Source of the DNA: an uncultured Verrucomicrobiae bacterium
Lineage (GTDB): Bacteria > Verrucomicrobiota > Verrucomicrobiia > Chthoniobacterales > UBA10450
Length of the DNA: 64,000 nt
Direction of reading: 5' to 3'
NCBI GenBank assembly: GCA_963726745.1
Contig: CAVSDR010000006.1
Span: forward strand, 896,001-960,000
Part shown: one piece after another, positions 42,296-52,913 of the stretch
Layout of the letters: every line of letters starts with the position of its first letter
How positions within the stretch are numbered: position 1 is the stretch's first letter
The notes under the pieces: model-generated
Seen by the model: the letters and a program-made list of their open reading frames with translations, nothing else
Told to the model about the DNA's origin: nothing
The model's database searches: none
Position numbers and translations under genes: made by a program

Positions 42296-42697
42296 CTAGG
42301 CTGTGGAGGAGCCGTCGCGTTCCACGGGCGCGATGGCGCTCCCGCCTTCCGGACGTTCGGCCCCGTTCGGGCCGGTCTTTTTGTCGGCGGCTTCCTTGAG
42401 TTCGCGCGAGAGTTTTTCCACCCGCTGGCGCATCACTTTGCCGGCTTTGAATTTCACCGTTGCCCGCGGCGGGATCACGAAGCTGCTCCCGGGCTCGTTC
42501 GGGTTCCGCCCGACCCGCGGCTTGGTCAGCCGGGTTTGGAAAACGCCAAAGTTCCGCAATTCCACGGCGACGTTCTTGGCCAGGCTGTCGGTGATGTGAT
42601 CGAGCGTCCGCTGGACGACCTCGAAGACCTCATGCTGCACCATCCCGGTTTGATTACTAATCGCCACCACGATGTCCCGCTTAGTGAGCTTTGCCAT
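42296..42697 (-). CDS. HU/IHF family DNA-binding protein
   Basis: LTKRDIV, VELRNFGVF, GRNP, VKFKAGK. Confidence 0.92.
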   Translation of the reverse strand: MAKLTKRDIVVAISNQTGMVQHEVFEVVQRTLDHITDSLAKNVAVELRNFGVFQTRLTKPRVGRNPNEPGSSFVIPPRATVKFKAGKVMRQRVEKLSRELKEAADKKTGPNGAERPEGGSAIAPVERDGSSTA

Positions 42698-42803
42698 ACA
42701 GTTGAAACGTCCTCGGTGCCCGAAAACACATACTTGGATTTCCCCACGGGACAACGCTTTCCGCCGGAGCCAACCAGCTCGGACAGCGCTGGACGACTGC
42801 GGT

Positions 42804-43235
42804 TTAAGCGGCTTCCTCGCGTCGGAGAAAGCGCCCTACGTAGTAAGATACGGCATTCTGAGCGGCGAGTTCTTTACGTTTTGATTTTAATTGGCCCTGG
42901 AGCACCCCGAGCTTCGTAAAGACCCCGTTCCAATCTGCTTCCATCCGGCGCGCGTCTTCCCCGCTCATCTCGCGCACCCCGCGCACGGAGACGCCGCGGT
43001 TGAGCACATTCATCGCGCGGGAAGAGAGCTCATTGAGCACGCCCAACTGGGTAAAGACGTGTTCCGTTTCCTGCAAGAGATTCGCCCGGGTCTCGGTAAA
43101 GAGGCGTTCCTGCTCCACGGAGATGATCGGCTTGGCCTTGTCCAGGCCGTAGGTCACGAGGTCGTGCAATTTCTTCCAGCTATCGAGCTGGAGCGTGAGC
43201 AGGCGGAGTTTCAGTTCAAGCGGCTTACTGATCAT
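42804..43235 (-). CDS. Hypothetical helical protein
   Basis: 143-aa ORF in operon orientation with coding-like composition. Confidence 0.7.
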   Translation of the reverse strand: MISKPLELKLRLLTLQLDSWKKLHDLVTYGLDKAKPIISVEQERLFTETRANLLQETEHVFTQLGVLNELSSRAMNVLNRGVSVRGVREMSGEDARRMEADWNGVFTKLGVLQGQLKSKRKELAAQNAVSYYVGRFLRREEAA

Positions 43236-43241
43236 AAAAAA

Positions 43242-43973
43242 TTAAAAGGCGGAGGACAGCTCCATGGTCTCATCGAGCTTTTGCAGGTTATCGATCAAGA
43301 GATGGGCCCATGGACGCTGGACGCTCTGCACCTGGCTGATGATGCCTTCCTCGAAATAGAAGCGCCCCTGCCGCCAGCGGAAGACTTCCGCCACCGCCGC
43401 TTCGCCCTCGAGCGAGCCGAAGACCGCGTGGCGGATGGTGCCATGTTGCAGGTAAATTTCGCTGTTGCCGCGCCCGCTCTTGAAAGTGAATCGCCCGCTC
43501 CGCTGTCCCAGGCAGCTCATCTGCAAAATTTCCGCCGCGGCGAACTGGTTCAGGTTCCCCACGAGCGAATGGCAGGGATCGATTCCTTCGGAAGCCTCGT
43601 TCCCGCTCCGGCTGAGCGAGCCGACGAAGCGTCTTAAATTGGCCGCCAGCTGGCTGGTGCTCCGCGATCGACGAAGGGCGACGATGTTATGCTGCCGGCC
43701 GGCTTTCGCGAAGCTCGACTCTTCCGGGTTCGGCGTCAGGCAGGCGACGCAGAGGGAAGGGAAATGCTGCCGGGCGCTGATCGCCTGCTCCATCAGCAGC
43801 GACGCCTCGCCTTCGATGATGAAGCCGTCGAAATTCTCCCCTAGGAGAACGCTGATCGCCTCCGGCATCGAGCGGACAATGCGCAGGTCGACGGCCGGCA
43901 GCTCATAAAGCACGGCGACCGCGCGGTCTTCGAAGACCGGGTCCGGGTTGAGGTGTAAGATTCGAGTTTCCAC
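43242..43973 (-). CDS. DUF4388 (PatA-N-like) domain protein with degenerate receiver-like N-terminus
   Basis: GNLNQF..AEILQM....RSG..., IYLQHG.IRHA, GEAA...W..GRF.F; start uncertain. Confidence 0.7.
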   Translation of the reverse strand: METRILHLNPDPVFEDRAVAVLYELPAVDLRIVRSMPEAISVLLGENFDGFIIEGEASLLMEQAISARQHFPSLCVACLTPNPEESSFAKAGRQHNIVALRRSRSTSQLAANLRRFVGSLSRSGNEASEGIDPCHSLVGNLNQFAAAEILQMSCLGQRSGRFTFKSGRGNSEIYLQHGTIRHAVFGSLEGEAAVAEVFRWRQGRFYFEEGIISQVQSVQRPWAHLLIDNLQKLDETMELSSAF

Positions 43974-44034
43974 GACGAAAATAGCTGCAGAGTCTTGAGC
44001 AAGAACCCTGCCCACCGCGGAGCCAAGTGGGCTG

Positions 44035-44982
44035 TCAGCGGCGCCACTCGGTCCGCGGCTTCGGCGCGGCAAAGGCTTCCGGCGCGATCTCGTGCGCGGT
44101 GCGGAAGTGCACCTTCGCCACCTCCCGCAAAGCCTCCGCGCCGCCCTGCTCCACAATCTTGCGCGCGGCCGCTTTCACACCCGCGGAGACGCCGCGCTCG
44201 AGTTTTACCCCCACGGCGCGGCCCTTTTTTTCCAGCCAATCGATGAAACCCTCCCGCGCCAGGATCGAGGCCGCGGCCACCGCGAGATCGGATTCTGCCT
44301 TCGTCCGCTGCTCCATCTGGATCCCGCGACCCTTCTGGAAAAGCGAACGCTCGATCACGCGCGCGTCGGCAAATTTATCCGACAACGCCCGCGGACAATC
44401 CGGCCGCCGCTCGAGCAAATTTTCGATCACCCGCGCGTGCCCCCAGCCGAGCAGGCTGTTGAGGTTGCCAAACTTCAGGTAGAGCTCGTTATACTTTTCC
44501 GGCCCGATCACGATTGCTTCCGAGATCGCGCCCTGCGTTTTTCGGATCGTGTCGGCTAATTGGTGGATGCGCGCGTCTGAGCCAATGCGCTTGCTATCCT
44601 GGATCCCAGCTTCCATGAACTTCCGCGCGATCCCGCGATCCACGTAGACCCCCGCGATCACCAGCGGCCCGAAGAAGTCGCCCTTCCCGCTCTCGTCCAC
44701 CCCGAAGTGCGGCTCGAACATCTCCGGCGAGTGCACTTCTTCGTAACCCAGCTTCGCCTCCCCGAGAATCTTCGGCTCGAGCTGGAATTGCACGAACTCC
44801 TCCAGCCCCTTCCCTTGGAGCAAAACCTTCGGCCCCTTCTCATAGACCGCCACGCTCAGCTTCTCCTTTTGCGCGAAGAAAATCGTATACGGCCGGGCTG
44901 CGAAAACGAAGCCCAGCTCCTGGAGCAAAAGCCGAAGCTGCTCGGCCTGGGCGGCGGTGAGCGGGTGGGTGTAGGTGTTCAC
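44035..44982 (-). CDS. rnhC: Ribonuclease HIII
   Basis: TBP-like N-domain, GVDESGKGDFFGP, DSK, KAES..AVAAASILAR, KVHF.T. Confidence 0.92.
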   Translation of the reverse strand: MNTYTHPLTAAQAEQLRLLLQELGFVFAARPYTIFFAQKEKLSVAVYEKGPKVLLQGKGLEEFVQFQLEPKILGEAKLGYEEVHSPEMFEPHFGVDESGKGDFFGPLVIAGVYVDRGIARKFMEAGIQDSKRIGSDARIHQLADTIRKTQGAISEAIVIGPEKYNELYLKFGNLNSLLGWGHARVIENLLERRPDCPRALSDKFADARVIERSLFQKGRGIQMEQRTKAESDLAVAAASILAREGFIDWLEKKGRAVGVKLERGVSAGVKAAARKIVEQGGAEALREVAKVHFRTAHEIAPEAFAAPKPRTEWRR

Positions 44983-44989
44983 AGCAAGC

Positions 44990-45067
44990 CGAACGTCGAA
45001 CGTCGAACGCTAGACGTCCAACGTCGCCTTTTCGTTCAGCGTTGGACGTCCAGCGTCCGGCGTTCGA
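44990..45067. repeat. Heptamer tandem repeat (AACGTCG-like) arranged as an inverted pair
   Basis: GAACGTC GAACGTC GAACGCT AGACGTC CAACGTC ... CGTTGGA CGTCCAG CGTCCGG CGTTCGA. Confidence 0.75.
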
Positions 45068-45079
45068 AGTTTCTCCCCT

Positions 45080-46027
45080 CTGAACCCGCCCGCCTTCCGC
45101 CGTGCCCTCCAAACCTGGTTCCGCCAGCACGGTCGCGATCTCCCCTGGCGCCACACGCGCGATCCCTACGCCATACTCGTCTCCGAGATCATGCTGCAGC
45201 AGACGCAGGTCGCGACCGTGCTGCCTTATTACCAGCGCTGGCTGGAGCGCTTCCCCACCGCCGCCGCCCTCGCCGCGGCCCCGGAATCCGACGTCCTCCA
45301 CGCCTGGCAAGGCCTCGGCTACTATTCGCGCGCGCGGAATCTCCACGCCGTCGCGAAGGCGATTGGCTCCGGCCCTTTCCCGGAAGATCTCCAGCCGCTT
45401 CCCGGCATCGGCCGTTACACCGCCAACGCCGTGGCCACCTTCGCCTTCGACCGGAGCGTCCCGCTCGTGGAGGCGAACATCGCCCGCCTCCTCGCGCGCT
45501 TGCTCGACCTGCAAATCCCGATCGACACCGCCGCCGGCCGCGCCGCGCTTTGGTCCACCGCGGAGAAGTTGCTGCCTAAAAAGTCCGCCGGTCAGCACAA
45601 CTCCGCGCTCATGGACCTGGGTGCGCTTGTCTGCACGCCACGCTCGCCGCGCTGCCCCATTTGTCCCGTCGCCCGCTTTTGCGCCGCGCGCGCGCCGGAG
45701 GAATTACCGCGAAAAAAACCGCGCACCGCCCTCAAGCTTCTCACCGAGCACCACGCTTTTAGCCAGCGAGATGGCCACGTCCTCCTCGAGCAATCGGCCA
45801 GTCGCTGGCGCGGCCTCTGGATTCTCCCGCGCACTGCGCCTAACGAGTCCACGCCGCTTTACGTCGCCGACTTTCCCTTCACCCATCACCGGATCACGCT
45901 CGCGGTCCACGCGGCCGCGGTCGCGGAAGAGGCGGCGCATCGCTGGTTCCCGGTGAGCGAACTCGCGGCCGTGCCCCTGCCCTCGCCCCATCGTCGCGCG
46001 CTCGAACATTTGCTCGCGGTTGCGTGA
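45080..46027 (+). CDS. mutY: A/G-specific adenine glycosylase
   Basis: In-frame RDLPWR.TRDPY.ILVSEIMLQQTQV, WQGLGYYSRARNL, LPGIGRYTA, C-x6-C-x2-C-x5-C; start inferred at CTG 45080. Confidence 0.88.
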   Translation: MNPPAFRRALQTWFRQHGRDLPWRHTRDPYAILVSEIMLQQTQVATVLPYYQRWLERFPTAAALAAAPESDVLHAWQGLGYYSRARNLHAVAKAIGSGPFPEDLQPLPGIGRYTANAVATFAFDRSVPLVEANIARLLARLLDLQIPIDTAAGRAALWSTAEKLLPKKSAGQHNSALMDLGALVCTPRSPRCPICPVARFCAARAPEELPRKKPRTALKLLTEHHAFSQRDGHVLLEQSASRWRGLWILPRTAPNESTPLYVADFPFTHHRITLAVHAAAVAEEAAHRWFPVSELAAVPLPSPHRRALEHLLAVA

Positions 46028-46047
46028 CCCCCTAATCTCCCCCTTCC

Positions 46048-47244
<1,197 letters not shown>

Positions 47245-48120
47245 ATGCGCTCAATGACCGGATATGGCCGTGGCGAAGTGGACCACGGCGGGACGAAGTT
47301 CAGCGTGGAGCTGAACTCGGTGAATCGAAAGCAGAGCGACATTGTGATCAATCTCCCGCGTGAACTGGCCGCGCTCGAGCCGCAGATTCGTCAGGCGATC
47401 AACGAGAAGCTTTCCCGCGGCCGCACGAACGCGAACATCTCGGTGCAGAACGGGAACAACGGCGCGCGCGCGCTCGAGTTGGATACCCAGCTCGCGCGTT
47501 CCTACCACGCCGCCATGCTCGCCTTGCAGCGCGAGCTCAACGCGCCCGGCGAAATTTCGATCGACAAAATCCTGGCCGCGCCCGGAGTGATGCGCCTGGC
47601 CGAGGAAAACACCAAGCCCGAGACCGCCTGGCCGCCGATCGAAAGTGCACTCGCTAATGCGCTGTCTGATTTGATCAAGATGCGCGAGCGCGAGGGGAAA
47701 CATCTCGCGAAGGATTTGATTCATCGCCTTAAGACCATCCGCGCCGAGGTGAAGGAAGTGCGGACGCTCTTCCCCGAGGTGGTGAAAAAATACCGCGCCG
47801 CCCTGCTCGAGCGGATCCAGAAAGCCGGACTCGACCTCTCGTTAGACGACGATCGCCTCCTGAAGGAGGTCTCGATCTTCGCCGATCGCGCGGATGTCTC
47901 CGAGGAATTGACCCGGCTCGAAAGCCATCTCGCGCAGTTCGCGCATCACCTGCGCAAGAACGAACCAGTCGGGCGCACGCTCGAGTTCATCACCCAGGAA
48001 ATCTTTCGCGAGTTGAATACGCTCGGCGCGAAAGCGAATGATGCCGCGATCTCGCAACACGTCGTCGCCTGCAAGGCCGAGCTGGAGAAGATTCGCGAAC
48101 AAATCCAAAACCTTGAGTAA
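47245..48120 (+). CDS. yicC: YicC/YloC family endoribonuclease
   Basis: MRSMTGYGR, SVN, EELTRL.SH, GR.LEF..QE..RE.NT.G.K, REQIQNLE. Confidence 0.93.
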   Translation: MRSMTGYGRGEVDHGGTKFSVELNSVNRKQSDIVINLPRELAALEPQIRQAINEKLSRGRTNANISVQNGNNGARALELDTQLARSYHAAMLALQRELNAPGEISIDKILAAPGVMRLAEENTKPETAWPPIESALANALSDLIKMREREGKHLAKDLIHRLKTIRAEVKEVRTLFPEVVKKYRAALLERIQKAGLDLSLDDDRLLKEVSIFADRADVSEELTRLESHLAQFAHHLRKNEPVGRTLEFITQEIFRELNTLGAKANDAAISQHVVACKAELEKIREQIQNLE

Positions 48121-48724
48121 GCAATTCACCCGCAGCGGCATTCTCTTCGTGGTCTCCGCCCCTTCCGGCGCCGGCAAAACCACCTTGTGCGACGCCCTCC
48201 GCACCACGCCCGATTTTGTCTACTCCGTTTCCTGCACCACGCGGGAGCCGCGCGCGGGCGAGATCGATGGCGAGGATTACCACTTTGTGACCGAGGAAGA
48301 ATTCGTTGCCCGGGTGAAAGAAGAGGAGTTCCTCGAATACGCGCGCGTGCATGATTATTACTATGGCACCTTGCGGAAGCCGATCTGCGCGCACCTGGAA
48401 GAGGGCGTCGATGTCCTGATCGACATCGACACGCAGGGCGCGGACGCGATTCGCAACTACAAGGATGAGTTTGTGCGCAAGTCGCTCTGCGACGTTTTCA
48501 TCATGCCGCCTGATCTCGAGGAACTCCGCCGCCGCCTAACGAAACGTGGCACGGAGACGGATGCGCAGATTGAGCTCCGGTTGCTCAATGCCGCGCGCGA
48601 GATGGAACTCTGGCGCGACTACCGCTACACCATCATCAGCCGCTCGATGGAAGAGGACCTGCAGAAATTTCGCCACATCATGGGCGCGGAGCGTTATCTC
48701 AGCCGACGGCTGAAACAATCATGA
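48113..48724 (+). CDS. gmk: Guanylate kinase
   Basis: SAPSGAGKTT, SCTTR.PR.GE.DG.DYHF, YYGT, DIDTQG; TTG start. Confidence 0.95.
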   Translation: MSKQFTRSGILFVVSAPSGAGKTTLCDALRTTPDFVYSVSCTTREPRAGEIDGEDYHFVTEEEFVARVKEEEFLEYARVHDYYYGTLRKPICAHLEEGVDVLIDIDTQGADAIRNYKDEFVRKSLCDVFIMPPDLEELRRRLTKRGTETDAQIELRLLNAAREMELWRDYRYTIISRSMEEDLQKFRHIMGAERYLSRRLKQS

Positions 48725-49290
48725 ACGCGGTCGCGAAGAAAACTGTCGTCCTCGGTGTGACCGGTTCGATCGCGGCCTACAAGTCGGCGGAATTAGCCAG
48801 CCTTCTCTTCAAGCAGGGTCACGACGTTTTCGTGGTCATGACGCGCGACGCCGCGGAGTTCATCACGCCGCTCACGCTGCAAACGCTTTCGAAAAATCCG
48901 GTCACGACCAGCTTCTACGACGAGAAGGAAAACTGGCGCCCGGGACACATCGATCTCGCGGATCGCGCGCATCTGCTCCTGATCGCGCCGGCCACCGCAA
49001 ACATCATCGCGGAACTCGCGCATGGTTTTGCCGGTCACCCGCTGGCCGCGATCGCGCTCGCGACCCGCGCGCCAATTCTGCTCGCGCCGGCGATGAACGG
49101 AAAGATGTGGGAGCACGCCGCGACGCAGGAGAATGTCGGCAAACTGCGCAGCCGCGGGGTCGAGTTCATCGGACCCGAGGAGGGAATGCTCGCCTGCGGC
49201 TACGAAGGCGCCGGCCGCCTCTGGAAGGTCGACGAGATCGCTTTCCGCGCGGAGTTTCTCCTGCGGAGCCAGGATAACCTGATCGCGTGA
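48721..49290 (+). CDS. coaC: Phosphopantothenoylcysteine decarboxylase
   Basis: GVTGSIAAYK, HIDLA, APATAN, PAMN, LACG..G.GRL. Confidence 0.9.
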   Translation: MNAVAKKTVVLGVTGSIAAYKSAELASLLFKQGHDVFVVMTRDAAEFITPLTLQTLSKNPVTTSFYDEKENWRPGHIDLADRAHLLLIAPATANIIAELAHGFAGHPLAAIALATRAPILLAPAMNGKMWEHAATQENVGKLRSRGVEFIGPEEGMLACGYEGAGRLWKVDEIAFRAEFLLRSQDNLIA

Positions 49291-49940
49291 GAGTGCTGGT
49301 TACCGCCGGCCCCACGCGCGAAGCGCTCGATCCCGTTCGTTTCCTGAGCAATCGCTCCTCTGGCAAGATGGGCTACGCCATCGCCGAGGCTGCGCTGGAG
49401 AGCGGCCACGAAGTTACTCTGATCAGCGGGCCGGTCGCCCTCTCTCCGCCGGCGGGAGCGGAAGTTATTCGCATCACCACAGCCGACGAACTTTTCGATG
49501 CCGTGCATGCGCACGTCGCTGCCTGCGACTTGCTGGTGATGTGCGCCGCGGTCTGCGATTACAAACCGCTGTCTGTATCCGCGGGCAAGCTTCCAAAACA
49601 GACAGCCACCTTCACGCTCGAGCTCACGCCCACGCGTGACGTTCTCGCCTCGCTTGCGCCTAACGAGCGGTCGTTTTACGTCGTCGGTTTCGCTGCGGAA
49701 ACGCAAAACCTCGAGGGAAACGCGCTCGCCAAGCTCGCGCGCAAACATTGCGACGCGATCATCGCCAACGATGTCAGCGCGGAAGATGTCGGGATGGAAA
49801 GCGATGAGAATGCGGCGACGATTTTCTTCGCGAATGGTGAGCGCGCGGTCTTCGCACGCGCTGAAAAAAAATTACTCGCGCGCGAAATGATGAAAAAAAT
49901 TTTCACGATTGCGCAAAAAAGTTTGACAAAAAAAACGTGA
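49287..49940 (+). CDS. coaB: Phosphopantothenate-cysteine ligase
   Basis: VTAGPTRE.LDPVRFLSN.SSGKMG, AAV.DY, VGFAAET, ANDV; GTGA overlap with coaC. Confidence 0.9.
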   Translation: MRVLVTAGPTREALDPVRFLSNRSSGKMGYAIAEAALESGHEVTLISGPVALSPPAGAEVIRITTADELFDAVHAHVAACDLLVMCAAVCDYKPLSVSAGKLPKQTATFTLELTPTRDVLASLAPNERSFYVVGFAAETQNLEGNALAKLARKHCDAIIANDVSAEDVGMESDENAATIFFANGERAVFARAEKKLLAREMMKKIFTIAQKSLTKKT

Positions 49941-50022
49941 TGTTTAGTGACTCGTGTCGTGAACTTATTCACACACTTGTTCACACCCAACCGCACCTGC
50001 GGATCGAAAGGGGGGATATCTC

Positions 50023-50118
50023 ATGCCAGCAAAGAAGAAAGCCGCTGCTAAGAAAGCGCCTGCAAAGAAAAAAGCAGCCGCCAAAAAGCCCGCGAAGAAG
50101 GCCTCCAAGAAGAAATAG
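50023..50118 (+). CDS. 31-aa Lys/Ala-rich histone-H1-like microprotein (below ORF-track cutoff)
   Basis: MPAKKKAAAKKAPAKKKAAAKKPAKKASKKK*; AAAGGGGG RBS about 7 nt upstream; TTGACA at 49923-49928. Confidence 0.75.
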   Translation: MPAKKKAAAKKAPAKKKAAAKKPAKKASKKK

Positions 50119-50278
50119 TTCTCTGGCCTGATCACAGAAGAACCTCCCAATCGTTCTTCTAAAACGAAAACTCTAACCCGGGGGAAGGATTCCGATTCTT
50201 CCTCCGGTTTTCTTTTGCCCCGAGGCGTCGCGCGGAAAAGTTTTCGCGGCGGCGCCATTCTCCCTGTAGTTCTCTCGC

Positions 50279-51034
50279 ATGCAAAATTTCCAGGAGGCCG
50301 CGGAACGGGCGGCGCGCGCGGCTGGCCAGTCGCTCCGCGAGCAGTTCGATCAGCCGCGGCGGGTGAATGCGTCGGAAAAGCACGACATCAAGCTCGAGAT
50401 CGATGTCCTTACGCAGGAGTTGATCACCAAGGTTCTGCTCACCGAATTTCCTGAGCACGCGCTCTACGGCGAGGAGGGCGTCACCGGCGACCAGACGGCG
50501 GAGTATCAATGGATCGTCGATCCGATCGACGGGACGGTGAATTACTTTTACGGCATTCCGCACTTCTGCATCTCGATCGCGCTCCGCCGCGGCGAGGAGA
50601 TGATCGTGGGCGTGATTTACGATCCCATGCGCGATGAAATGTGGAGCACGCGCGCGGGCGCGCCGACGACTTTGAATGGCAAAACCGTGCGCGTGAGCGC
50701 ACGAGCGACAATGGCGGAGGCGGTCCTCTCCGTCGGTCTTTCGAAAAGCAAAACCACGATCGATGCCGGCCTGCCGCTGCTCGCGGAGATGGCGCATCGC
50801 GTGCGCAAGTGCCGCCTGATGGGCAGCGCCGCGCTCGACATGGCCTACGTCGCTTGCGGACGCTTTGACGCTTATATCGAGCAAGGGATCAGCCTCTGGG
50901 ATGTGGCCGCCGGCATCTTGCTGATTAAAAACGCCGGCGGCACGATCGACATGCGGCCGCGCCCGGACCAGAAGGATAAATACAGCATCGTGGCCGCAAA
51001 CGGCGCGCTCGAGCTCGGCCTTCCACAACCATGA
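50279..51034 (+). CDS. suhB: Inositol monophosphatase family protein
   Basis: GEE, WIVDPIDGTVNY, GSAALD..YVA.GR.D, WDVAAG. Confidence 0.9.
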   Translation: MQNFQEAAERAARAAGQSLREQFDQPRRVNASEKHDIKLEIDVLTQELITKVLLTEFPEHALYGEEGVTGDQTAEYQWIVDPIDGTVNYFYGIPHFCISIALRRGEEMIVGVIYDPMRDEMWSTRAGAPTTLNGKTVRVSARATMAEAVLSVGLSKSKTTIDAGLPLLAEMAHRVRKCRLMGSAALDMAYVACGRFDAYIEQGISLWDVAAGILLIKNAGGTIDMRPRPDQKDKYSIVAANGALELGLPQP

Positions 51035-51510
51035 AAACGAAATGCGGCATCGGCTACGACGCGCATCGCCTGGTCGCGGGGCGCAAGCTCATCCTCGGCG
51101 GCGTGGAGATTCCTCACTCGTTAGGCCTCGAGGGCCATTCGGACGCCGACGTGCTCGCGCATGCGATCGCGGATGCGCTTCTTGGCGCGATCGCACAGGG
51201 CGACATCGGTCATCATTTTCCGAACACGGATGAAAGCATCCGTGGGATCAGCAGCCTGGCGATTCTCGGCCGCACGCAGGAGATCCTGGCGCAATACCAG
51301 GCGCGGATCGTGAACGTCGACGCGACCCTCCTGGCGGAGGCGCCGAAGATTGCGCCGCACATTCCGGCGATGCGCGCGGCGATTGCGCAGGCGCTGCGCA
51401 TCGAGACCGGCTGCGTGAGCATTAAGGCGACGACCAACGAAGGCCTCGGCACGATCGGCCGCAGCGAAGGCATGGCGGCGATGGCGGTCGCGAGCGTGGA
51501 GCAGGATTAG
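51031..51510 (+). CDS. ispF: 2-C-methyl-D-erythritol 2,4-cyclodiphosphate synthase
   Basis: GIGYDAH, GHSDADV, GDIG.HFP, KATTNE.LG. Confidence 0.95.
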   Translation: MKTKCGIGYDAHRLVAGRKLILGGVEIPHSLGLEGHSDADVLAHAIADALLGAIAQGDIGHHFPNTDESIRGISSLAILGRTQEILAQYQARIVNVDATLLAEAPKIAPHIPAMRAAIAQALRIETGCVSIKATTNEGLGTIGRSEGMAAMAVASVEQD

Positions 51511-51513
51511 TCG

Positions 51514-52905
51514 ATGGCGTTGCGTTTCTTCAACACCTTCACGCGCGCGCTGGAGGAATTTCGCCCGCTCGATCCGGCGGGCGCGCGGTGAAGATGTATA
51601 CCTGCGGCCCGACGGTTTATTCCTTCGCGCACATCGGAAATTTCCGCGCCTACCTCTTCGAGGATCTGCTGCAACGGCAACTCGAGCTGCGCGGTTACGC
51701 GGTCGAGCGGGTGATGAACATCACCGACGTCGACGACAAGACGATCCGCGGCTGCCAGGCGGCCGGCGTCTCGCTGGCTAATTTTACCGAGCAATTCAAG
51801 AACGCCTTCTTCGCCGATCTCGATGCGCTCCGGATCAAGCGCGCGGAGAAATATCCGGCCGCGACCGACTACGTCCCGGCGATGATCGCGATGATCGAGA
51901 CCCTGATTGCGCGCGACCTGGCGTATCAGGCCGAGGACAAATCGGTTTACTACCGGATCAAGAATTTCCCGGCCTACGGACACCTGGCGCACTTCAACCT
52001 CGACGAGCTGCAATCGACCGGCCGGGTGAAGAACGACGAATACGAAAAGGAAAACATCGGCGACTTCGCGCTTTGGAAAGCGTGGGACGAAGCCGACGGC
52101 GACGTCCGCTGGGAGAGTCCATGGGGCCCCGGCCGGCCCGGCTGGCACATCGAGTGCAGCGCGATGGCGACGCAGCTGCTCGGCGAGCAACTCGACCTGC
52201 ATTGCGGCGGCGTGGACAACATTTTCCCGCACCACGAAGCCGAGATCGCGCAGACCGAAGGCTGCACCGGGCGACAATTTGTCCGCTACTGGATGCATTG
52301 CGCGCACCTCTTGGTCGAAGGGACAGAAAATGTCCAAGTCGCTGGGTAATTTCTTCACCCTGCGCGACGTGCTCGAGCGAGGTTACAGCGGGAGGGAAGT
52401 GCGCTACGCACTCCTGCGGGTGCACTATCGCGCGCAGCTCAATTTTACCTGGGAAGGAATGGAGGAAGCGCGCGTGGCGCTGGCGCGGATTGATGATTGG
52501 GTCGCGCGGCTGCGCTCGTTAGGCGGCAACTTCCAGGGCGCCACGTCAAAGGACAGAGGTTTCGCGGAGGCTTTAGACGACGACCTCAACATCTCGGCCG
52601 CGCTCGGTTTTCTCTTCGAGACGATCCGCGAGACAAACAAGGCGATGGATCAGGGCGAGCTCGACGCGGCCGCGGCTGCCGAGTGGCTCGCGGCCTGGGA
52701 GAAAATAGACAGCGTGCTCGCAATTTCCGCGGGGGAAACGGCGGTGCCGACGGAAGTGGCGCAACTCGCGGAGGCGCGGGTGCAGGCGAGGCTTGCCAAG
52801 GAGTGGCGCAAAAGTGATGAATTGCGCGATCAAATCGCCGCGCTCGGCTGGGAGGCGCGCGACACCAAGGACGGACAAAAAATCACCCGCCGCGCCGGAG
52901 CCTAA
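51514..52905 (+). CDS. cysS: Cysteine-tRNA ligase (two apparent frameshifts, about 51585 and 52322)
   Basis: [55 protein letters not shown], across three frames. Confidence 0.9.
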
Positions 52906-52913
52906 CGACACGC

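Noticed and set aside
44990..45067. CRISPR array
   Set aside because: Units are 7-bp tandem repeats without spacers, and there are no cas genes.
51514..52905. Programmed frameshifting or pseudogenisation of cysS, lptD, rsmB and xseB
   Set aside because: No shared slippery heptamer or stimulatory structure; scattered single indels in essential genes fit sequencing error better.
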